DNA of 64,000 nt from Mobula hypostoma. Its lineage: Eukaryota. A model generated the notes under the pieces. The model saw only the letters and a list, made by a program, of their open reading frames with translations. It ran no database searches and had not been told where the DNA came from. The stretch covers positions 154,504,001 to 154,568,000 of the forward strand of contig NC_086098.1 of NCBI RefSeq assembly GCF_963921235.1. The letters run 5' to 3'. Position 1 is the first letter of the stretch, and each line of letters starts with the position of its first letter. Positions 12,821 to 24,368 of the stretch are shown piece after piece. Both the position numbers and the translations under genes were made by a program.

Positions 12821-14640
12821 AAAACTCCCGGCAACATTTGCCCTACTATTTTCCGTAAAGAACTCCTGCAATTCACCTTTCAGCTCAAACAGCCTGTTGA
12901 CAACTGTTCCTCTGTAAAGACACTCGATTTCTGTATGTAGCAGCAGACTGGCGTGCTCTTTGTCCAGGTCTTCACAGAGGTTTTGAAACATTCTCGGGTG
13001 AACTGGTCTTTGTTTAGTAAAGTTAATCACCTCAGTAGCGTCATCCAGAACATTTCCAATTTTATCGTAAAGAGTTTTTGAAATCAACACCTCACTGTGA
13101 AGAAAGCAGTAAGTTGTGACAACGTTAGGACTATCATCTTTTTTAGCAAGAGAAACAAAACGTCTCGTGGAGCCAGGCATTGATGAGACACCATCAGTAC
13201 GGATACCCACACAACTCCTCCAAGACAGACCTTTTGTTTCCAGATATGAAGACGAAACATTAAATATATTTTGGCGTTTGCTTGTTTCGGGCAGCTCTTT
13301 GCAAGAGAAAAGGTTTTCTGAAATTTCACCAACATTTATAAATCTTACAAATGCTACAGCGTGACATTTATTGGTGAAGCCTTTTGATTCATCATCCTAG
13401 ATAGTGAATGTTAGAACAATTGTTTCGGCCTAGCATATTTACATTTAGCAAATGGCTTTGGCTATCAGTCTTCACATCTGAATATGCATTGCGGAATTAA
13501 TTTGGAGTGCAGCTTTGAACAACGGGTTCCTAAAAGCCGTGAATCTCAGATCAGGCAATCCTGATTAAAATTCGATGTCCGTGCTGTGGAGGTGATTCTG
13601 CAGGTGTGAAGTTTGTATGTAGTTTCAAACATTTTCTATACTTTATAAATATGGAATTGTCCTTTGATGTTTGGCACTTAAAATGCCAAACCCCAAGATA
13701 GGCCAGCGAGACCTTTCGACAAAAAGGGTCTCCATACAAGGCTTGTTGTACCTGGTTTTGTCGATTATAGAAACTGCTTTGTATCTAACACTACGTTTCT
13801 CCAGTTACTTCATGCACACAACAACAGCGAGGTTCTTGTTTTCCAGTTCATCACACGAAACATTTTCAGCATCATGTGACATGTCGTCAATACATGGACT
13901 TATCGCACTGTTTGAGCCTGAATTCTGTTCAATTTATCGCACTCCATCTTGTAGTAGCATTTTACACATTATAATTGTAAATGCTGACATTAAAAGGTTC
14001 TCACCAACTGTGTGACTTTTCCTTTTCTGGGTAATAAGTTCTCCTACTAAATAGCTTGCCTGCTATTTTACTGAATGTGGCTTTGTTGTCAAAAGTTTTA
14101 CACTGATTGTTTTAAGACTAAAATAGTTCTTTAAAATAATCAGCACTTTTACGCATCACTTGGCAATGATTTGCAGTGAAATGTCCTTTCCAGTTTGCTG
14201 GAGACGATGTGTAAGTTGTCTGCTACCGACTGGGCACAATGGAATACGACAACTTGGATCACGAATCCATATAGAACTGATTGATAAAGTAACTTTCGTT
14301 GTAAAGACGGACTTGTTTATGTCTGTTAGTGCACTAGTGCAGGGCATTAACTTAGAGGAATATAATTCTTCATCATTAACTTTATCAGAATTGTACATAG
14401 GTACAGGCCTAGAATCCTCCTCTTCCATCTCACACCTCCTCTTCCAAAATAGCCGGATTGGACCAGCAAACATGTCCGTAAAACACAGGGACTAATAAAA
14501 AGGGACGTTAAGAAGCAATTAAGGGGTTTTTTTTTTTGGGTGGTTGGTAGTTCGGATGGGAGAGAGTGACATCACAGCCCAAGTTCGGCGAGACCATTCA
14601 ATGCACATAAAACGCACTTCATGCTCCTCAAAAGCCAACA

Positions 14641-14815
14641 GCCCGTCCCTCCGTGCAATACAGCGCTGACCAATTATTAGCCTACTGACCTGCCTTCCGT
14701 ACAGTACAGCGCTCATACATAGCAGCCCACCGACCTCCACTCCGTGCAATACAGCGCTAGAAAATCATCAGCCTCCCGTCCTCCCCTCCTTGTAATACAG
14801 AGCTAAGCAATTATC
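14641..14815. repeat. Four degenerate ~46-bp units (core gcaatacagcgct) in the hAT 5' region
   Basis: Core ends at 14667, 14713, 14758, 14804. Confidence 0.7.
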
Positions 14816-15126
14816 AACGGCTTCCCCTATCTCATATGAAAAACTGAGAAATAACTCAAACCAAATAACATGGTCCTACTGCGCACAGCTAAACTGTGCT
14901 GGGAGACGTCTGACAAGATTGCTAACGGGACTGTTCGGACACTGCCCACCACTGCGAGTGCTAGCATTGTGTGTTGCGCGAAGTACAAAAAACAATGGTT
15001 ATTTTTATTAATCACGATCTCCCGCGGAACTCCTGCCTACCTCTCGCGGAACCCTAGGGTTTCATGGAAGTTCAGATGAGAACCCTTGCTTTCGTCTGAC
15101 CATCCCGCCGCTGGGACCTCATACAC

Positions 15127-16338
15127 TGTCATGGTTCGGGCCGGGAAGTCCACATTCCGGTTTACGGTCCGCTCCGTGGACTCAGGACTCCGGGTCTTCC
15201 AGCTGTCCCTTGTTTTGTTTGAGTTAATCATAGGCACCTGATTCCCATCTTGAGGCTTGCAATATAAGTAGCCTTAGGGTTGAGTGTGGTCTGCTGGTTT
15301 GTCTTGTCAAGATCCCCTGGGAGCAACCTGCTGGTGGAAGGCTAGAGCGGCCACTTGCCATCTTTAGGCCGCGTTGGGAAGCCATCCCCTCATAGAACCT
15401 TGCTGTCAGCAGTCGGAACTGTCTTTGCGGTATGGATTCGGCCGTTTCCTGGACCAGCTGAGTGGACGTCAGCCACTCCAAGCTAAGTAGGGATCAGGCT
15501 GTTTCCGTAGCCAGCCAAGGTTGCTGGCCGTAACTGCTACTCGGAGCAACCCGATGCAAAGATGGAATTGTCTGTCGTTCTTTGGTGTTTGTCTCTTCTT
15601 GTCCTCGCTTCTGTGGGGTAAGTCCGGCCGTTCTGCCTTTACCCGACGGATAGTCCTGTCCCAACTTGGTATGGAGAAGAAGTTGAGTCCTGGCTTTTCT
15701 AAGTATAAGTCCCGGCTCTATGTGTATGTACTGTCCTGTCTCATGTTGGTGTCGTGTTAATGATGAGTCCCGGCTTTTCGGAGGATAAGTCCCGGCTCTA
15801 TGTTGATGTACAGTTCCTAGTCTGTCTCCGAGCTCCAGCCCCCAAGTTATCAGCCTCCACATTCCAAGGGCCAAGACACTAGCCTCTAACCTCAAGAGCC
15901 AAGACACTAGCCTCTAACCTCAAGAGCCGGGAGCCCCAGCCTGTAGCCTCAGGAGCCGGGAGCCCCAGCCTGTAGCCTCAGGAGCCGGGAGCCCCAGCCT
16001 GTAGCCTCAGGAGCCGGGAGCCCCAGCCTGTAGCCGCCAGCCATATCCTGTCCTGTAGTCATGTCATGTCCTTGGCTGGTTCTGGGGCCCGAGCCCGAGG
16101 CAAGACCCAGGTTCTGGGTCTTTGTCCAGTCTCTGGCTCGAAGCCCAAGCCCAGCCACCTAGTGCATAGTTCCTTGTCCAGGTTCCCTGTCTTGTCCATG
16201 TCCTAGCCCAAGTATGCGTTCTTGTCCCTGCTCCTTCTCTGTATCCTGTCACGTCCCTTCTCTAGTCAAGTCCTGTTCCTTATACTTCAGTGCCTGTGTC
16301 TTGCATTTGGGTCCGTTCCCAACGTCCCCATTGTGACA
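15127..16338. mobile_element. Solo LTR (gypsy type), 1212 bp, 5-bp TSD TACAC
   Basis: Begins TGTCA, ends TGACA; TACAC at 15122-15126 and 16339-16343. Confidence 0.9.
15870..16035. repeat. Tandem repeats inside the solo LTR: 2 x 28 bp then ~4 x 29 bp
   Basis: ccaagacactagcctctaacctcaagag x2; gagccgggagccccagcctgtagcctcag from 15924, 15953, 15982, 16011. Confidence 0.9.
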
Positions 16339-17514
16339 TACACAGCTGGATGATAATCGATTAGACTATGATGCAGGGGAGAAGTTTCGGCTCACCTGCA
16401 GTTGCCTTACCTGAATTATAGACCAGAATCTGTACTTTTAACAATTCACAGAAATCAGACCTACCTATTTTCCATTGCCTATCCAAAGAGTTCCACCTTC
16501 TGAAAAAATAAACTCCAACTAGTTTGTCAAACAAATTTCGCTTTCATAAAGCTATGTTAAATTTGCCTGGTTTCATTAAGTATCTGAATATCACAATCTT
16601 TACAATAGACATCAATATTTCCGATGTTAACATTACTTAGTCTCTACTTCCTTGTTTTCCTTCTCTCTCTCCCATTTTACATTGTCCAATTATATTTGCC
16701 GAGCTTCAATGTCTTCAGTGGCTTACAGAACCTGTAATTCCGTCGAAATGTTCATGTTTTCTTGCTTCGATATTATAGGATTCATGTTCTGCGTTGTGTA
16801 TTTGTGGGGGTGGGTTTTGAGGCCTGGAACATCAGATCCCTCATGAAAGGCAGATTTATTATTACTATTATTCTTTATTTTGTGCTTCTAATTGTTTAGT
16901 GGTTCCATGCATTACCGGGAGGTTTTTCTATGATATTTCCAGTTAAAATAGTACAGAGGTTTCGCTGTTCCTCTTTATGTATCTGTTGCATAGTCATTGT
17001 GAGCAACTCATATGTCCGATATTTTATCTGCTTGCAGATGCATTTGTAATCTCCTTATGCCATTGCAAGTTTGCTTTTATAGGCAATGTTTTCTCTTTAT
17101 CTATCATTTGTTTTTCTGTTGTTGTTATTATTGCTGTTAAATTCTAAACTGCTCCACGTCCATAGGTCTGATAATGTTGCTTATTCCTTGTGAAGTTATA
17201 TCACTGTTCTTTGGATCGAATATTTGTCATTATATCTTCCGCTGGACATTATTGGATCTTCTATTTCCCTTTGTACGCTGTACCAAAAATACAAATACAT
17301 AACAGATCTTTTGCATGTTACAGACTGCTCAGGAATATTTTTTGGGAAGTGATTTCATTAAGAAAGTAGTTTTGAGTTTTGATCTGATTAATTTGCAATT
17401 TAATGTTGATACAGAGCAGGTCCTTATTGACGTTACAGTCGGATAATAAGAGGACAGGATGAAGGCAGAAGATATGATGGAGGGCTGAAAGGCGAGACAA
17501 ATCATCTTAAATTA

Positions 17515-19900
17515 CCAGGCGCCCTGATCCGAAACCCCAGAAGCAATGCTAATTTCCAAAACAAGCAGAGGTACATACAGAGAGAATAATTCAGACTTTG
17601 TTAACACAGGGAGCTTTGCAGGAAATAACATATACAAATTATTCACCCACATGACCTGTTGAAAAATCCTATGAAAGTTGGGAACTTGCCATTGATGACC
17701 AGGAATTGAATAAAGTTATCCCTTTAACTGCCTCTACTGCAGGCGTAAGCTCTGAGACTATGATTAAGGAAAATACCGGAGTACAACTGGATGTAAGTAA
17801 TGGAATATGGTCTGTCCTATTGAAAAGAGAGTGTCAATATAAAGTTGCTTTCACTTGGAAAGCACAACGGTATACGTGGACAGTTTCGCCGCGAGGAATT
17901 CATAATTCTCCATCCATTTTTCATAAATTTGGGTGAAAGCCTTCTCAGTTCCACAGTGCTTCATTCAATATGTAAATGATTGACTGTTACAGGTAAAGTC
18001 CTAAAAGGAGCATTATGAGTTATTTAAAGAACTACTGCAACTGTTACAGGAGATGGCTTTGGAGGATTACCCAAAAAAATGGTCAAACCATGAAGCGACA
18101 TTTTACTTACTTGGGAGTGGTCATAGTCCACGGGAGAAGAGGGACAGATAAACATCTTGTGAATGTAGTGGCTAAACTACCTTTCCCCGTTGATTTGAGG
18201 AGATTGAGGTCGTTTCTCCATCTGATAGGGTTTTGGAGAGACCACACAGATGAATTTTCCACCAAAGCCGACCCATATATGGAGCTCCTGAAGAACATTG
18301 TTCATTGGAATGAAAACTAGAACACAAATAAGATAATTTCAGATCTCAACACTAGCTTTGCAGAAGCACTATCTCTTAAGACCCCAAACAGTTCCGAGCC
18401 ATGCCAATTGGAGGTCGCTCCCACCAGTAACTTGATACCAGCAGTGATACTCTACGAGACAGATGGTCGTCTGGAGCCAGTGACGGATGCATTTCGAATG
18501 CTTACTCCAGTAAAAGAAGGATATACAACACTTCAGTGTCATCTATTAGTACTGTTTAGGGCAGTTAAGCATTTCACACATTATGGCTATCAATCCACTT
18601 ACCATTTTACCAGAGCATACTGCAATTTAGCTTTTGTTGGATGGCCGTTAAAGATTGGAACATTCAGTCAAACTGGATTAGTCCGGTGGACATTGCTATT
18701 AGAGGGTTGTGCTGTCACAGCTAAAAGTGGTAACAGTACCAACGTGCTTGCTAACAATTTAACTTATATGCATGAACCTGATGAGTGTCAGGTGAACGTA
18801 GTACAAATACGGAATGGACCATTCATTCTCATCAAATTCTGGAGAGGAAAATAAAGTCATGTGACTGGAAAGTTCAAAACCCTTAAGGATGCTTATTGAT
18901 GCATCGTCACCAGTTCAGGCTGGAGAGAGACTTACAGAATGTTATATATATGTAGAGGACGAGGAAATATTGGAGATCGAGTTACCTGAGCCAATGAGTG
19001 CACAAGCAGCAGAACTTGTTGCAATAGCTTTTGCTGCCAACCATCCAGGGAGAGATTTCCTTCAGGAGTAATCATATACTCAGATAGTATTTACGTTTAT
19101 AATGGATTGACTGAATACTGACTGTCATAGGAAGCTAGGGGGTCTGCCAGAAGTTGAAATAAAAACAGATATGTATTGGTACCATGACATTTGTGAGCAT
19201 CAAGGAGCAGATAAGACTATGCAACTGTTGACAAATCTGTGTTGCTGGCAAAAATCCGAGGAGATGTAGAACATTATTGTAAGAACTGTTGGTTTGTACT
19301 CTGTATAACCCAGATAAATTGGCTAGGAAAGCGGTTTTAAGACACACGGGCTCCATAGAAGGACCATGGGTTAAGTTGCTGATTGATTTTGTCGAACCTT
19401 TATTTCCAACCCCTGGAGGAATTAACTCTATCCTGGAGATTGTGGATACTTTCACAAAGTGGGTAGAGGCTTTCACAACCAGAAATAACACTGCTAAAGT
19501 TACAGTAGTGTTTTGATTTTGTTCCAGAGAGTTTTTAATCGTAGTGGATTGCTAAAAAGTCTAGAATCAGATGAAAGTCACAACTTGACCATACAGATAA
19601 TGCAAAATCTGATTAAACTCTTTGAGGTAAAACAAAGGTTCCATATCCCTTATCAAACCCAATCCGGTGGAATTGTTCAACAGATGAACAGGCTATTAAA
19701 GACAATGTTAGCTAAAATGGCTAAATAACTCAGGACCACGTGGGTCACTGTCTGACCATATGTCCTTATGATCATCCGTACCACCGAAGTTTCTTCCACT
19801 GGGTTTACGCCTTTCAAGTTGATGACCGGAAGAGAAATGAGAGGGTTAAAATTCCTGGTTGGGCTAGATTGGGCTAGGTTGGGCTACAATGCTCAATATG
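17515..19900 (+). mobile_element. Decayed retrovirus-like pol: RT, degenerate RNase H tether, second RNase H, integrase
   Basis: LDVSNGIWSV..ECQYKVAFTW..RYTWTVSPRGIHNSPSIFH; QYVND 17966-17980; LRSFLHLIGFWRD; PVTDAFRMLTPV..HLLVLFRAVKHF; LIDASS..SAQAAELVAI..IYSDS; GPWVKLLIDFVEP..IVDTFTKWVEAF..HIPYQTQSGGIVQQMNRLLK. Confidence 0.85.
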
Positions 19901-22900
19901 ATGGCATTGTAAAGGATAAAAGAGGTACAGCAATTCGTCGATACTATTAAGGAACCCCATAATGCCGCACCCCACTACATGTGACCGGTTACATATCTGA
20001 GACTTGTGGGGCCATTAATTCCATTGACAGAGTCAGTACATCATTCTATCAAATCCACGCTGCTCTTAATAAGTTAGGTTGGTATCATATTAACCAACAT
20101 GAACCCCTTGGGGACAGTCAATGTCTTCTTGCACCTGAGGTCCATAAGGCCCATTGCCAATAGGATACTCTTAGATTTATGCTTCAGGCGATCGATGACG
20201 ATGAGGATGAAGGTGCAGTTAACCCCTCAGTGACTTTGGCAACCAGTTCTAGTTTGCACACGGAGGATAAGGATAGTTTACTTCATCTTCAACATGAAGA
20301 AGAGAGGATTAATGCGAGGTAGTCTTTGCAATCGTCCTTGCCAAGGCTGAGTCAATAGAAGAAAGAAACAGATGGGAGACTGTGTTCATCAACTGACGTT
20401 CTGGAAATAAAGCGGGAGAGAGAGAGCGGAGGATGATAGAGGAGATGAAATCTAATGGGAGTATCAGGAAGTTAGGTAAGTACAGAAACTGCTCTTGATG
20501 TTCTTCTTTTCAGGTTTTCGGTGATGATTAGTGTTCCATTACCTCTGATGAGTGGCCTCATAATGGTTGACTGTAGTATTGGCCACTTGTATATTGATTT
20601 AGACAGATGGAAAGATATGGAGATTATGTTGGCAGGAGATGGACTATTCGCAACAAATCTATTTGATGTCATGGTAGTAGACGATGTGGTTGAGGAGAGT
20701 GAAATGGTAGTACGAATTTATGAAGAACTAAGACGAGATTTTGTATAGGAAATGAAACTGATGTCTGCTGATGATCACAGTAACGGTAACGGTAATATGG
20801 GGGAATGCTGCGATAACGGTATTAGTCGTTTTGGGTTTTTTTTTGGAATCCTGCTTCGGGAAAAAAATCACTTATGAACTTAGTACAACTTCATTGTGAA
20901 CGTGATCGTACTGTTGACATGGACATAAATTGGAAGTAAGATCAGCAGCAGTTAGCATGTTCCCCAGGCAACTCAATCCCAGTTGCTGTGGAGCCCCAAG
21001 ATCTTGGACAAAGAGTCGACAAAAATTAATACCACAGCCATTGCGCTGTCAACTGTTACTTGTTCTGTGAGAATGTTCAGGCAGATACAAAGAGTAAGAC
21101 TTGTATTTAAAGAACAGAAGAACGAATTGTTCCAACACCAGGATATTATTGAAGTTTTCTTTGTGAATGATATTTATTTAAATGGCTACTTCAAGATGGG
21201 ATCTTCAATTTGATTAGATTAACTCGATTATTGTGGTTTCCAGTGTTTCGAGGGATTTAGATTTAGCTGGGCAAGTATTACCTAAACCAGTTATAAAACC
21301 ATTTATTCCCTCTAATTTGCAATTAGTGTGGGCACAATTCTTGTGCTGTGCCATTTTTTGCCAACATGTGTAGAGTGAATTTTAAAGTGGAAGTCAACCT
21401 GGAGATAGTCTAAAGATAATAAACTACTAAGTCCAATTTGTTGATCATTGTTTAAAAGAAATAAAGTAAATGTCAATAAGAACTTTGATCGCTTCCGGGT
21501 TTGACCGCTTTTGTTCTCGTTCAGCTGCATTCTCACAAAACAGACGTCGCAGGCCTGCAGCGTGTAAAGAAGGAGCTTTTACGCACTGTTCATATGTGAT
21601 TTCCTTGCTAAATGACGATTTAAAAAGTCAAGTTTCCAAATATCACTCCACTTCTTCCCATTTGCAACTTATCGAGCAATATTTTCATCGGGACAATACA
21701 AGCGGTAACACTAGATTCTGAATTTTACGTAGCTGCACGTTCCTACCATCGTGAGCTTTCCGTGTAGCAGTTTATAATGTCTGGTTAAGCCATTCCGCTT
21801 TAAATCAACTGGCAGTTCTTTTACGCTTCACGCCCTTCGCTTCTTTGGAATTCGACTCCCGGAATCAATAATTTCTTCAATAAAAACAGTATAAATAAGC
21901 CTGCTCTAAAATGTGCAGAAAAATCATCGCAAATTCAACGGTGTCAGCGCCGTCCGCACCATGAACGGGAAAAGGAAATGTGATTTGTGTGCTTAACATG
22001 CGAACGAGGTGGCGGGGGGGGGGGGGTTACAGTATTTTGTGCGCGGTTTAAAATCCTTTCTGCGCTCGTCGCAAAAGATTCCGGTTAGTCGCGAAATTCT
22101 CAAGATATGCCAATATATTGCCCCAGTTCCAACTGAATTATTTTCCGACTCTAAACTACAAGATAGGACTTCATTCCAAACTATACGCCTGTAATTTCTT
22201 GTCATCTTTCCACCTCCTTTCCTCGGCAATGAGATCATATTTGCGAACACCAGAATTTCCATCACCTCTATAAATTGGAAATGGAACAGTCACTGAAACT
22301 ATTCCGTCCATGTTTGCTAACTTTAGTAATCATGGTTACTTATTATCTGCTGATATTCGGATATCGGCTCCATTCATTTGTCCAGCACTTCTTTAAACGC
22401 TAATCAGTGCCTCTCGACAGTCACACCTTCAATGCAACTCCCCGGTCTGTGTTCAATGTGGTCATCTTTATGACTGTGTTGCATGACATGGGCGATCATG
22501 GTCTATGACATGATCGTTCGTGACAAATTCTGCAGAAATTATTTGTTATTGCCTTTTTCAGAGCGGGGTCTTTACATGACGAGTGACTCCCAGCAATTAT
22601 CAATACTCTTCAGAGATTATCTGCCTGGCGTCACTGGTCGCATAACCAGGACTTGTGATAAGCACCAGCTGCTCATGCATCCATTTACCAGGTGCTTGCA
22701 TGGCTTCACAGGACCATGATCGGGGGGTGGTGGGGGGGGGTGGCTAAGCATGTGCTATACCCTTGTCCAAAGGTGATCGCCAAGGTAAAGGAGGGAAGGA
22801 GTGGCTTACAACTCCTTTGGTAAAGATACACCTGCGCCCACCACTCAACTCTATTAGCGATGCAATTTCTTATACAATAGTTTCAGTCACCTTCATCTCG

Positions 22901-23708
22901 ACACATGGCATTGATACTTTCTGAACATACGCTCCAGTCGTAGCAGAAATAACTGTTTCCTCACTCTCAGCTCCTCGTCCTTGATCTTCCTCACTCTTGC
23001 TCTCCCACCTGTTTACTCTCCCACTTTGATGTCACCCTAAAAATTCCCACAAGTCCTGGCTTTCAAATGGTTCAAATTAATATCTGAGGATCTATTCACC
23101 ATACAACCTGAAAGTCTTACGCTTCACAGAGACATTCACGGAGCAAGAAACGCGAAAGTATGAACGATAGTGACATCAAAACTCCAAAGTCCCCCCACCT
23201 CCTCCACACACAAGCAGCAGCACCGACCACACCATCACCACCCCGAACGCCCTCACCATGCAGTCAATAGTAAATGCCCCAAAGACACCTTTGATCCAAG
23301 TCCATCATTTGATGCATTCTTTCAAGGATCTACAATTCCCAAGATTATCTAACAGAGAAAACCTGATTTAAGTACTTAAATTGGAATCAAACGGAAATCT
23401 AACATAATTGTTTTCAAAGTAGTATTGTGCGCCGCACTGCAGGTAGTACACGTGAGCTTTTCTTCTTTATAATTTCAATGTTTGTTTTCGCGCAATAATT
23501 TATTCGGCTACAATATGTTCATCTGTCTGTCTCTTGACAGAGCATGAGACATTCTCCTGGGCAATTATCGCCCTCCAGCTACTCCTGTCTGAAGTAATAT
23601 TTGGGCTTGTATAGGTCACATTATATCGAATCTATTGTTCCTTCCCGTTTTACCGTACGGTTTACTCTGATGTTTTCTGCTATTTGCTTGTACCGAAGTG
23701 CTGGTACG

Positions 23709-23822
23709 ATGCAAATATAAGATAAATTCAGACCAACAGTTTCGGGTTTTGGTGTCACGTAAGCAGACTTTTGCATGAATAATTAATATGCAATGACGTA
23801 ACGATACTTGGGACTATTTAAA
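23709..23822 (+). promoter_or_regulatory. V promoter of cluster B
   Basis: ATGCAAAT 23709-23716; TTTTGCAT 23769-23776; CRE-like TGACGTAA 23794-23801; TATTTAAA 23815-23822; same layout as at 48488-48538. Confidence 0.75.
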
Positions 23823-23886
23823 GGGGGGTTCAGATGGAATTAAGAACAGAACTTGTGTCGGAAAACAACACTTCTACTCCTTCACC

Positions 23887-23935
23887 ATGGCCGAATGGAT
23901 TCGGTGTCTTGTCGTACTGGTGTTCTGTTTTCAAA
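23887..23935 (+). CDS. IGLV: Leader exon, cluster B (MAEWIRCLVVLVFCFQ)
   Basis: ccATGG start, hydrophobic signal peptide, phase-1 donor gtaagt at 23936. Confidence 0.92.
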
Positions 23936-24026
23936 GTAAGTACAATGCCTAAATAAGCTATAATATCGCTGCATTTTACTTTGTATGGATGTGTGACAAC
24001 TCTAACACTAATCCATATTTCCCCAG

Positions 24027-24368
24027 ATACAGTCGCGGATGTTGTTTTGACTCAGTCCCCGTCTATCTCGACTTCTGCGGGGAAATCTGTAAAGATCACT
24101 TGTACCATGTCAGGAGGCAACATCGGTAGTTACTACGCGAGCTGGTACTGGCAGAAACCCGGCAGCGCCCCTGTGATTGTGTGGCATGAAATCTCTGACA
24201 CTGCGTCGGGTATTCCAGATCCATTTACCGGTTCCGTAGACTCATCTAGCAGCCAGATGCACTTAACCATCGCAAACGTGCAATCAGAGGATGCCGCCGA
24301 CTATTACTGCGCTGTAGGGAAAAGTGGTGTCCTCACCTTCGGAAAAGGAACCAAACTGAATTTGGACG
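24027..24368 (+). CDS. IGLV: Germline-joined V-J exon, lambda/type II, open frame
   Basis: ccccag acceptor; [61 protein letters not shown]; donor gtaagt 24369; no RSS between V and J. L(49)+VJ(342)+C(392)=783 nt, in frame. Confidence 0.95.

Larger units (their letters stand above)
11800..15088 (-). mobile_element. Decayed hAT (Buster/Charlie-like) DNA transposon
   Basis: Minus-strand pieces: BED-like WIRDPSCRIPLC (~14250), GIRTDG..CFLHSE..LLLHTE..RLFELKGELQEFF (12830-13210), WLQKVTYLADMFQHMNQLN..LQG (12250-12490), FATSY..QAFSCL..KSKDRNRL (~11900-12010); Buster-type end cgcggaaccctagggtt..gagaacccttg ending 15088. Left end not defined. Confidence 0.85.

Noticed and set aside
15494-16252. ORFs in the solo LTR
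   Set aside because: No recognisable domain; GC-rich repeat artefact.
16400-17480. Possible inverted gag of the retrovirus-like element
   Set aside because: Multiple stops and no motif I could recognise; needs a profile search.
23170-23352. His/Pro-rich 60-aa ORF upstream of V1
   Set aside because: Low complexity, GTG start, no splice or domain support.
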